Source of the DNA: Flectonema sp. DT1601
Lineage: Eukaryota
Assembly (NCBI GenBank): GCA_964019425.1
Contig: OZ025797.1
Location: forward strand, 868,001 to 932,000
Direction of reading: 5' to 3'
DNA length: 64,000 nucleotides
Shown here: positions 43,705 through 55,000 of the stretch, one piece after another
Numbering within the stretch: position 1 is the first letter of the stretch
Layout of the letters: the number at the start of each line of letters is the position of its first letter
Position numbers and translations under genes: made by a program
The notes under the pieces: model-generated
Databases searched by the model: none
Seen by the model: the letters and a program-made list of their open reading frames with translations, nothing else
What the model was told of the DNA's origin: nothing

Positions 43705-46700
43705 TCCAATTGTTGAACAAATGACTGAAACAAAATAAAGATAAACTACACATCTAATAGGGAACTATCACTATGAAATCACTGTAATCTTCTTCATTGT
43801 TGGACTGTACTGTAAAAAGTAAATGTAATTCAAAAGCTAAGTACAACATCGAATCACAGCCATCTCAAGTAAAGAAACAAATAACGTAATTTTGCGAAGA
43901 TTTTTTTTTTTTTTTTTTTTTTCCTCTTCTTTCTTCTTATTTTTATTTTTATTTTATTTTTTTTTCATTCCTCTCGTACTTGTTAAAATATTTCTATGAG
44001 AAATTGAAAAAAAACAAAAAAAAAAAAATATCTGCTGGGTGCAAGCAGATGTGCTCTTCTACTAGGCTACAGGGTGGCACTCTTTTGGTAGTGTGCCTTT
44101 TTTGTTGTATTTTTTACTCTCTTCAGCCCTTTGACACTAATCCACGTCTTATTTCAATTTCAATTTCATTTTTTTTTTTTTTTTTTTTTTAAATGAAATA
44201 TTGTGAACCACTTAAAGTCCTTAAGAAACAAAAAAAAAAACTCGAGCTGGCTGATTATATGATTTGTTATAAAATAAATGTCACTAAATCAAAGATGCAA
44301 AAAAAACAAAAAAAAAGACAAGAAATCACAGTTGTTCTGCTGTTCCACTAACATTATGGAACGCATAGTTTCAGGCATCACCTTTCTACTGATAATTTGA
44401 ATATACCAACAATTCCACTTCAAAAGGTGCTTAACATTGCTGCAAAGTACGAGTGCCAGGTAACTCACAGCGAAAGAAGGACTCAAACTAATTATAGAAC
44501 ATGAGATCTTTTCTTTAAAATTCAAAAAGAAAAAAGAGGGTGAAAAAAAAAAAAAAAAAAAAAAAAAAGGGGAGAAAATATTTTTTGCGTGTATTCTTTT
44601 TCCTCATCAATAGCTAAAATTGAATTACTAGGTAAAGCACAACACAAATAAAATAAATTAAAAAAAAAAAAAAAAAAAAACAGCTGAGGTCGCTAGGTTT
44701 TCAAAACCGCTTACAATACCACAAGCAGGCTTTGAGTTTCGATTGTTCTAAGGTAGATATTGCGCATCACTACTGATCAAATCTGATTGCTTAGGCTGAT
44801 GGGTATCTTGAACACAGTATGCCATGTCCTATTTTAAAACCCCCAGAGTGAACAATGTAAAAAAAGTAGGGCCACTAGCTCTCCCAAATGAAATAACACA
44901 CGACACAAAAACAAGACACAATGAAAGAAAACTGGCATCTGAAATAAACAACCGCGGTTAGTTGAGAATGCGAAGAAAAACGAGACATGTAAAAGCACAC
45001 AAACTAAATTATAGCAATCACCATAAAAACAAAAAATAATTGGCTGACTTAAGCAATACAATTGTTGATTTTATCCTTTCTCAACCTAGGCTATTTTTCT
45101 TTGGAAGTTTTTATTTTCGGTAATGTAAAATCACCAAACAAAACTAAAGTAGAAAGCATTACGTCAGGGGTTAGGTATCTTAATGTTCTTGTATGTAGTC
45201 TGGGTTTCTCTGATGACCAAAAGGCAGAACAGCTTTGTTGAGCCCACTTACAGCCGTCACCACTATCGATCACCAGGCAGCATCGCCTAAATGCTCCCAG
45301 ACACCTTTGGGTTGTCACAACGCAGTGGTCTATCGATACCGCTATTTTTTTACAGTATTCTCACCACTTTCTGCCCCAGATGACGAAGAGTTAAGGTGCT
45401 AGGTTTGGGGTCAACGTGGGGTTTCCAAAAGTGCAAAAGCTGGTCAATTTTAGAGTTTCGCAGTAGTAGACGCGCGACGTTGTATATTTAATACATTATA
45501 AGAGAACAAGATTGTGATGAGGAACAAAACAAGAACAAAACATTATTATCTCCCAAACAATAAGTAGGGCAAGGCTGGTATGGCGTACGTCATTCGATGG
45601 TATGGAAAAAAATGTAAGGAGCTACCAGTGAGCCTCTTTGTTTATTTTTTTGAATTAAGGTTCTTATGGTAGATTTCCTTTAATTTTTCCCCTCCCTAAT
45701 TCGTTTTCGTTGCTATTGCGAAGCCTTGCCAAACTGCCTGCAAGACAAACATAGGTGCGTAACAAAAAACTTTTGATCGTTTTAGATGTAGCAAGAAAGG
45801 AAGACATTACATCCAAGAAACTGAAATGATTTAAAGTTTGAGACCAGGTAGGAAACGATATCCCCAATGTCTCCAATCATTCTCTTTACCTGGCGTAACC
45901 CTCATGTGACTTGTCACATTGAGAAGACAGGCGTGTCTTCAGTCCGTTGGGTACAGTGCTTGCAACAGGACATCAAAAAGGAGGAATACTTTTATTGGTT
46001 GATCGATTAACAGTCACGTGGTACCTTAAGTGAGTTAGTCAGTACCACCGCACATCCGTGAAAACTCTCACTGGTGGGAAAGACGGTTACGCAAACAATG
46101 TTGATAATACTAAAGAGAGGCGAATACTACTTCTTGAAACTAAGTTAAGGAGTTGAAGATAGTAAACTTAAGAAGAAGTTGACATACTACAGCACACTCA
46201 TTTCAAACAGTTTGATGTCAGTGGCTACTAAGTACAAACAAGTTTTGCATCATTGTTGGAAGTGTTGATAACCTGCACGCTTTACTGACTGTGATTAGGA
46301 CACTAACCTCTTACAGGTTAACAACAAACAATCCACTAATCACAGACATCTCTACAGCTCATCAAAGTTTATCACACACACCTTCACACAAAATGGGTAT
46401 TTACCAGGAGTACTAAATAACTCACAGCTTCATGAGTGCCATTTCTCAGCACAAATAATATAAATATTTTTTTTCGAAAAACAAAACAAGAACATAAATT
46501 GAAAAAAGTCAGCACGATTGACTTGTTCTGAAGGGTCAGCTGTTATAAGAAAGGCCAACGGGTAATTTAGAGGGGGGGAAAAAAGAGGGGGGCTGAAATG
46601 TTTTAATATATTTATGAAGAAATAAATATCTGCATTGTACCAGAGTTAACTAAAATAAAAGTCAGTTATGATCCAGTGACTAGGTAATGGTAGTATAGGA

Positions 46701-49084
46701 AAACACTCAAAATGGGGGAGGGTGAAGAAAACAGTTGCAAAAATTAATCATCCGTAATACTGAATTGAGAACCAGGTCACACCTCGGGTAAGTTAACTAA
46801 CTCACTACCCAAACGACACATACGATATGATATGTTCACCAGAAAGAAAGCAGTACCGAAAACGGCGTCGCTAATAAAAAAAAATAAAAAAATAACAATA
46901 ATAAAAGGTGCAAAATAAAAAGAAATAGCTACAAGATAGCTTTTTTATTTTTCTTTTCTCCCCCCCCTTCTTTCGTGTACCTCTGTCACTTCTTTCCCTT
47001 TGCCCGAAAGCTACTTGACGACAAGGTGGAGACTTTTAATTCAAAACTGTACAAAAAAATGTCTTCCAGTCGCCTCGAACTAGCAGCACTCGGCAAAAGA
47101 GAAAGGTGAATCACGTTCGTAACCAGCATGATATGAAATAACGAAACTACATGTGTTTGCTTGCTGCTGTTAATTTTTTTCAAAGTGACAAGAGACCCCC
47201 TTACATAAAGTATTTATAATATTTATAAAAACAAATAAACGGAAAAGATCCCGGGGGAAATGGATTTGCGAGAATGTTCTTTTTTTTTTTTTTTTTTTTT
47301 TTTGCATCTACGATTTCAACGAAATTATTCACATTAACAACCTATTTATTGCGTCATGCCGCCTATTCAACGAAATACATAAGGCCCTCGTCTGAATAGT
47401 TTTCTTCTTCTTCTTTATTCTTTGTTATTACTACGGCTCCTTATGGGTACGGCTTTAAGTATTAAACCTTGTACAAAACACAAGACGGACTGTTTCAAAA
47501 AACAGAGGAAAAAAAAAAAAGAGAGAGAGAGTACAAAAGAAATAAATATAAAGAATAAACTAACGAAGACTTATTTCGAAATATTTTTTTTTTTTTTCTA
47601 TTAATAATTATTGTTTTTTTTTTTTTTTTTCCTTTTTTTCTTTTTTCTTGTTGTTGCAAAAGCTTCTTACTTGCGAATTCGTGTACCGAGGCTTCGACGG
47701 ACTCTGAGAAAGTAGAAAACACTATTGCAATAAGGTTTTAACTCTACTATAGTTGACTGCACCACTTCGAAACGTTAGTTAGTTAGAATACGAGCTTAGT
47801 TAAATAGCAAGTCCAGAACTGATGACTGCAGGGGGTTTGGGTAACCCGCACCAGTGGAGGACCCAAATCACGGAATGTGAGATTTAGTAGCGTCGGCTGA
47901 AAGGATCGACGCCTAGCTGTCCACCTTGCCCAGAGACTAACATGTTGAAAACAAAAAAAAAAAAGAAATGATCAAGAGGGTTTTTTTTTTTTTTTTTTTT
48001 TTTTTTTGGGCGGGGTAGAGAATAATTAAAAAAAATCTTTCCGTTCCATATATAAAACCTTTCTTCATGAAATAATCACTTGTGTCTAATGCCACCATAC
48101 CACAAAAGACCCGGAACATGACCGGGACGTTCCCCCCCTAATTGTCATAAGGGGCCTACCGAAGGCTTTAGAAAGTAGTACCACAGAATTTAGGCAGCAC
48201 GTATAACTATACAATCTGTAAGGAATAGAATAGAAACAAAGGAAGCTCAAATGAGGCGAGACAGTCAGTTTTAGGTCATAACTGCTCCGGACCAACGTTG
48301 TTGGAGAGAGGAAATGCAGATGAAGAAAAGGGAAGGACATTGAGGTGCTCACTTTGTTGCGCCCAAAAAGCGCAATTCCACAGAACAAACAGCTGTTTTG
48401 TAAAATAAATTTAAAAAAGAAGAAAAAAAAAGAAGAAGCATATTTTCAGAATGATAACAAACATTGAAAAATCGAATTCCTTTGATCAGCTACGAGTCGT
48501 CAGCAAAAGAATAGATCGGAAAATAGATAAGAGGCAAATACAGACTCTGCAAACCAGGAACTTCGGTTGTCGTAATTCTCAAAATCTCCACAACACAGAA
48601 AAGATAGAATAGCCAGAGTTTTATGACAACGAATAGACACGACTTTGCTGTGACTAGGATTTTAATTAGAGAATGATTATAGTACTACCTTGAACTTGGA
48701 AAAATTAAAAAAAAAAATAAATAAAATGGCAACTAAAACAACAAGCTCTGACTCAAATTTCTATTCTTTTATTTTTTTTTTTCTCAGGTTCTTTTCTCAG
48801 GTCATTAGCATTGCGCGATTGGTCACTACCGTCAGGAGGGTCACACAGTATCATACAAGCAATGTTTTTTTTAATTTTTTTTAATTTTAAGTTTTTTTTT
48901 TCATGCCACAAACACAACACCTCAAAAACAGTTTTAATACCAAAACGCTAATGCCGCCAACCAATCAATTAGTTTTCATAAGTCTGGCTAGGCTGCCTGT
49001 GTCCGTTTGAACGTGTGCCAAGAAATGCACATTTTTCTAAAAGATGTGTTTCTTTCAATTTGGTTCATCAAAAAAAAAGGGGGG

Positions 49085-49190
49085 AAAGGGGTGAAACTTT
49101 GACCAGTAAAACAGTAACAACCTTAGGTATTAAAACAAAATTAATATCAAGTACTTGACTGAAACATATTTGTAGTTGTTAATCAAAGAA
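49085..49190. repeat. Dispersed degenerate non-coding repeat, copy 1 (homologous to 54325-54440)
   Basis: aaaacagtaacaaccttaggtattaa...aaattaatatcaagtac...gaaaca...agttgtta matches aaaacagtaacaactttaggtattaa...aaattaatatcaagtac...gaaaca...agttgtta near 54347-54431. Confidence 0.8.
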
Positions 49191-50050
49191 AAGGTATGCT
49201 CAGAAAAAAGAAAACACAAAAGGGAAATATATATTTTTGTTGTCTCAATGACTAGAAGATGTTGTGGAAAAAAGGGCGGGGGGGACGAATCTCTCACTTT
49301 TTCCCTCCCTCCCCCCTCCCTTTTTCCAAATAATGATAACACGTATTTCAGTTTTCGAACGCAGAACTACGCAACTAAAAATAGAGAAACAAGTGCCCCT
49401 GTTTGGTTACTTTGGTACAAAACGCTACGTACAACTGGAATAGATGGAAAATATTATGCAATCGCAACGAATCAATATCGAGTCATCAACGGGTTAGACA
49501 GTCAGTGAAATATCACAAATACGGCCACTACACACCAGAGAAGTACTGCAGGCATGAGTTCTCTTCTGTTAACCAAGTGTTGGTACAGAGTTAGTTGTGA
49601 GACTTGGTTTTTTTCTCTGTTCTTCTTTTTTTTCTTCTCTTCGACTTATTGCTGAACAGGTAGAAACGTGAGAAACGATTCTCACGTAGAATATTAATAT
49701 ATATAAAAAAGAGTAGAAGAGGAGGGGAAAACAAAATGGGAGTGCAGGGGAATAATAAAAAGATACCACCCAAAAGCAAACTGGTTAGCACCCGAATAAT
49801 AATAATAAGTATCCAACACGAATTGACTTAGATCGAAATTTCTTTCTTCCATTAAACTAACAGAACCATATTGTGCAGCTTACAAAAGTAAGCAGTATTT
49901 CATCCATGTTGACCACTACCGCATTGCCGGGTGCTTGAAGTTGATTAAAATAAGAGTAAAAAAGACCAATACTAAGATGTGTCTGTTGTCTCTCAGTTAT
50001 CAATAGTAACTCCTATTGGTGGTTCCAAGTCACTTTTCGCATGACAGGGC

Positions 50051-51113
50051 CTACATATCGTTGTGGGTAAATTCACAGGAGTCTCCGTTTGCACACTTTC
50101 CGTGTTCTCCCCATTCAGGACAACCATCTTGAACAGTTTGAACTTCGTATTCTCCGTGAGCAAATCCACAAGAATCTCCAAATTTGCAAGTACCTTCTTG
50201 CCAATTACGACAAATTATAGTTTTCAGTCGAGCCGTACGGAGTCCTTTAGTTGTTCTCCGTTCCTTGGCTTCCTTTTTTTTTTGTTTCGGTTTATCAGTA
50301 TCAGCTGACTTCTTTTTCCGACGCCGGCGTTTCTTCTCCGGCGGTGACTGGAGCGCCAGTGTAGTCAAATCCGTTACATTTCCAAGCTCCCTTAATATTT
50401 CACCGACATCATCTGTGGGGTCATCGTCATCAGCCATAACAGGTTTAGCTGATAGTTGACTTAATATTTCTCGGGCACTCTTTTCTCCTTTAGTGTCAAA
50501 TATACCAATTGTATCAAATATATTAACACTAGCTGTTGGTGCTGATCTTACGTACATATCCATATAATTCTGTGATAGATCGTTTGCCGTAGCAGTTAGG
50601 CCTCGATCTCCGTCTTCAAACTGTTTTTCGTTTTTTTTAATTTAAAGGAAACTTGGTATTCTGATAAAAGAGAGTAAAATCAGTATAACATACTCTCGCC
50701 GTAAATGCATGATCAGCATCAGCTTTTTCGTAGTGTTCGTCATCGTTGCTCGCATCGGAGTCTCCTTGGTCCATTAGCTTTGCGTAGTCTTGGAAGCGAA
50801 GACCTTTTTCCGGATCTGCTTCAGCTTCTTGACACACAGCATGCCAACTCTCCTTGTCAAGTGGTCCTCCCGACGTGATTGCCGCGAATCTGACGGCTTC
50901 ATCAAAATTATGAAAACCGTCATTGTCCCAATCGCAGACGTCAAACATCCGTTTAGGTAATGTCTCAGGGTCGGCAATTTCAGTTAAAAAATGCGATGCT
51001 ATCATTGAAAAAGTTTCCACAATACATGTTACCTGGTACCCTCTTAACTTACTCTCTTCCTGGAGGAATTGGTCCAGTTCCGCCTTCTGAAGATCTGCAA
51101 TCAATTGTTCCAT
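50051..51113 (-). CDS. EF-hand + tandem CCCH zinc-finger protein, paralog B, 329 aa, 2 exons
   Basis: Exons 51113-50694 and 50620-50051; intron 50621-50693 sits at the same TAR| position with the same donor GTATGTTAT as paralog A. Motifs DWDNDGFHNFDE and RRTTKGLRTARLKTIICRNW. Confidence 0.88.
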
Positions 51114-51290
51114 AGACTGTAGTCGACCTGTAAAAAGTATTTATAAACTTAAATATAAGGAACTGATATTATGATGTGTCTCGAAGGTTAAATATTGTGA
51201 GCTTCCCTGGTAAAGTTATTTGTCTTGATAATAAACTAAAGCAAGTAAACTTTAGTGTTGGAGAGGTATCAATGTGTTTGCGGACACAAA

Positions 51291-52433
51291 TTAGAATGGC
51301 ACTCTTTCTTCATCAACTTGAAGCTCTGTTTCTCCAGCGTTTACAACAAACTCAGTACCGTCCCATTCCATTTTTCGTTTTTGCTTTCCAGCGGCATCAA
51401 CTTCTACTATCTTACCGAATACTTTCTCTCTTGCTTGTTTTTGAAGGTATGCCATACCTGCTCTGTCTATCTGTGAGAGAGCTGAATGATTGCTGAGATC
51501 TTTCATTTGCTGAACAGCCAAGGCGAGGTCTTCATCACCCGGTTGAACGTTTACCTTTTTGAGTCGGAAATAATACTCACTCCATTTTAGGAACGCCGAT
51601 GTGATACTTTCTTTACAAGCCTTGACTTTAGATGATGGTTTTGGTGGTTTTACAACAGACGGTTCAGGTGAAGGTTCCTCCAGTTTTGGTTTTTTGACCA
51701 CATCAGGCTCGCTTAGCTTACTCTTTGAAACCTTTTCTTTTACAGTGATATTAGTTCCTAACTGTGCTAATAGCGATTGCTCACGTACCTGAGATAAAGA
51801 CTCAAACTCCATTCCAGTAACGTAGCATGTGTATGGTGAGGTTTTGCATCTTTCGATTAGCGAAGAGTAGTCTGTCAGGGCAACACCAAATCCGGAAGTA
51901 ATCATCTCTTGGAAGTTACTTACAGATATCAGTCCCCATGATGTAGTGTACAGGTTCCACAGAGCTCTTGATTTTATATAATTAAAGTCTTTCGATATGA
52001 CGTGTAGTTGCATTTCATTAATTTCGGGTTCGAATCCCAGAAACCCAATTGAAAATGGGACCAACTTCGCCGTTGAATATGTTTTTGAAAATGATCGAAT
52101 CTCGTCGATTCCAGTCCACCTGTTGCTCTCATTTTTTAATAGACCCTTTTTCTTTGATAGGAATTGCTTTGCCTTCAGCTGTTGAGAGTATAATTTTATG
52201 GTTTCAAATGCCGTCTCTTGCAGTTTTCCTGCGGTCGTCGCTGTTGCGTCTTCGGAATCACTGTGTGGTTTTTCTTTAGGGACAATCACAAAGTGAAGGT
52301 ATCCTAATTTCAAAGGATGAGCTACAACACAACAATATTCATCCTCATCAACTACCATCTCGGATGTTACTTTGACTTGGTCATTCCCTCCATGTGCGTT
52401 AATTACTACGTTGGTAACATCCCAGTCACTCAT
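51291..52433 (-). CDS. Aprataxin-like HIT-fold protein with degenerate active site, 380 aa
   Basis: EDEYCCVV.HP.....HFVIVPK; IGF...PEINEMQLHVISKDF....SRALWNLYTT (cf. aprataxin [20 protein letters not shown]...KKHWNSFNT); PYTCYVTGMEFESLSQVRE resembles the C2HE finger region. Confidence 0.75.
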   Translation of the reverse strand: MSDWDVTNVVINAHGGNDQVKVTSEMVVDEDEYCCVVAHPLKLGYLHFVIVPKEKPHSDSEDATATTAGKLQETAFETIKLYSQQLKAKQFLSKKKGLLKNESNRWTGIDEIRSFSKTYSTAKLVPFSIGFLGFEPEINEMQLHVISKDFNYIKSRALWNLYTTSWGLISVSNFQEMITSGFGVALTDYSSLIERCKTSPYTCYVTGMEFESLSQVREQSLLAQLGTNITVKEKVSKSKLSEPDVVKKPKLEEPSPEPSVVKPPKPSSKVKACKESITSAFLKWSEYYFRLKKVNVQPGDEDLALAVQQMKDLSNHSALSQIDRAGMAYLQKQAREKVFGKIVEVDAAGKQKRKMEWDGTEFVVNAGETELQVDEERVPF

Positions 52434-54324
52434 TTTAATGTGACGTGTTCTCTGTTAAGGATAAGTTGAAATTATTATAACAATGAATCCCTCATAGTGA
52501 CCGCCGCTGTTGTGATGCTGTAGAGAAATGGATTAAACTCACAATGGCATATTTGTTTTTAGACTTAAAAAATAATATGCTCACCTAGCTGTCCCTTCAT
52601 GTAGGAGTTAGGAAAGGTTTTGTGTGTTCTCTTCTTTAATTTATTTTTCTTTTTTTCTTTTTTTTCTCTTTTTTTTTTTTTTTTGGTATCTGCCAGTCTT
52701 AAAAAGACAAATCAGTAAGGAACGTTAAAATACCAGTGGCAGACTTTTCCTTAGTGTAAGCTTCTCGGATTGGTCACAAGAAGGTCCTTTTATTTCTCTT
52801 TTTTTTTTTTTCATCTTCCAGATGGATAGTCTGGCAAATTTCAGGACTTAATTCTTTTTTCAAGACGCCTATAATTATATAGAGAAGACTCTATAGCAGT
52901 TTGAAGTAATTTATATAAAAAAATTAAATGTTTTTTTTATTTTTTAATCCCCCCTGACCTTTTGGAAGGAACTGTATCAGCTCATTTAATGCAGCTGCGA
53001 GTCTGATTGATGACAATAATAGTCAAAACGAAGAGAAGTGAGCAAGACAAGAATGTCTTTTAGAAAGAAGGTGTAGGTGGAAAGGTGTAGGCAAAGGAAC
53101 AGTACTTGGAATTCACTCATTCGGGGATGCAAAGGAGAATCGGTTTGGTGGCACACGAGTTTTCTGTCACCCAACCCAGCAAGTCACTCGTTGTTTTTTT
53201 TGTCTCGTCTTCCTTAACCCATCACCTTAATGAGATTGCACCAAAAGATAACAACACAGCGAGGGGAGGACAACAAAATAAAAAAGATAGACAAAGAAGA
53301 AACATCCTGATCTGTGGTATCTAGTTCACGTGACCAACGTGACTGAAGTCAGGCTTTTATGCAACAAAGAGGGGAATAATATTATCGCTTTATTATTGGG
53401 GTTTTCTTTTCTTATTTTTTTTTTTTTAATTTTTTTTCCTCTTCTTTTCATTTGCATAATTTTTTTATTTCGTTAAAAAAAAAAAAATTTAGAAGAAGGA
53501 AAATAAAAAGTGTAAACGCCTTTACCAGGATCTTAAACCAAAATAGGTAAATACCTTCAAAAGGGAAGTAAATATGTGCGCGAGGAAAGAATGAGTGACA
53601 CGACTCAAGAAGTTTCTGTGTAAAAAAAAAAAAAAGAAATAACCACAAGAAATCTGCATTTTATTTCTCCGCGGTTTAGATGCAAGAAGTGTAAACATAA
53701 AATAAGTGAACGAAATGAAAGGGCTATTAGCAGTCATGATGACAGCACTGCAGACATGTAGAGCTGCATACCATAGAGAGGTTTGCAGCAAAGATGTTGT
53801 CCTCTTTGTTTGATGAATGAGTCTTTTATTTTCTTTATTATTTTTTTTTTTTTTGCATATATGCTGCGATTAAGAAACAGGAATAGAAAACAAAGAAAGC
53901 AAAAAAAAAAAAAAAAAAAAAAAAGATGCGGACGCCACCATTTTTCGCGAACAAAAAATAAGACAAAAAAATGGGGAAATGGGGAAGAAAAGCAGCGGCA
54001 GCGCCACATTCTCCGCAAGCTAACTAACTACTACAGGGGCTAAACATATGCGTATACTGCAATAGGCACAGAAAGACTCCCTTTAGGCACCTTAAGACAT
54101 ATAGTAGATAAAAGTATGAATAAATAAAAGAATAATATATTTTTTTGAAAAAAGAAAAAAGTAGTTTGCTTTTGAGGGTGGTTGGGGTATCCAAAAAAAA
54201 TCGACATACCCTCATGTGACTACATTACGGGTACCATGTGAAAAAAGCCTTTCAAAAAAAAAAAGCCAATGTTAAAAAGATTATTGCGGATCGAGTAGCT
54301 TTTAGAATAGTTGAATATCTGAGG

Positions 54325-55000
54325 GAGTTAAGCTTTTGACAATGTAAAAACAGTAACAACTTTAGGTATTTAATTTTACTATTAATACGAAATTAATATC
54401 AAGTACCTGGAAACAATACTTGAAGTTGTTACACATAGAATAGTGGACACGGGGGGAAGTGTGAGCATATTTATAACGACATAAATATATAGTTAGCATT
54501 GCATCAAAGTTAACTAATTGTAAACGTTCAGTAGTTTATGAGACAGTGATTAAAGGTAATGTTAGTATAGGTAAAAAAGATTCTCTGCAAAAGTCATAAA
54601 AGACTCCACATTTATAATCAATGTTTCTACCCTATCTGCATCACCAAAGTCGGGGGGGGGGGGGGGGGGTAATTTGATACTGTATTTTCAAGCTCAAAGG
54701 AACAGGGGGGGGGGGGGGGGGGTGATAGTTTTGACAATGTAGAAACAGTTTATAATTTAATAAGGCTAAAACTGAAGAAAACGACAGAATATCAAGCTTC
54801 ATTTTAGTAGAGCAGCTAAAAAGCAAGGATAATGTTTTTCACTCGAACATAACTATAATAATGTTAGTAATAAGTATCCAGAAATCGTTGTCGAATCTGG
54901 TTGTTCGAGGAACACGTACTACTATTTGAACGCCCAAAGATGTCGTAAAAGACTCTACATTATAACTAACTTGCATCACCAGGGTTGGGGAATAATAGTT
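54325..55000. repeat. Two degenerate tandem copies of the same non-coding repeat, with two G18 tracts at their junction
   Basis: ttttgacaatgta(a/g)aaacagt at ~54333 and ~54729; taatgttagta at ~54558 and ~54858; gtc(a/g)taaaagactc(c/t)acatt at ~54593 and ~54942; tgcatcacca at ~54637 and ~54972; G18 at 54652-54669 and 54705-54722. Confidence 0.7.

Noticed and set aside
45208..45232. CTGATGA-CC-AAAA-GG hammerhead-like core (also CTGAAGA on the minus strand near 45940)
   Set aside because: No GAAA after stem II and no stems I/III.
32373..45529. 17-mer TGTGATGAGGAACAAAA at 32373 and 45513
   Set aside because: No extension of similarity beyond the match; no box D partner; probably chance.
47796..47813. 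AAATAGCAAGT resembling a Cas9 tracrRNA scaffold
   Set aside because: Short chance match; no CRISPR array or cas gene; eukaryotic context.
52027..52039. GGGTTCGAATCCC, tRNA T-loop/B-box-like
   Set aside because: Lies inside the aprataxin-like CDS; no cloverleaf or A-box around it.
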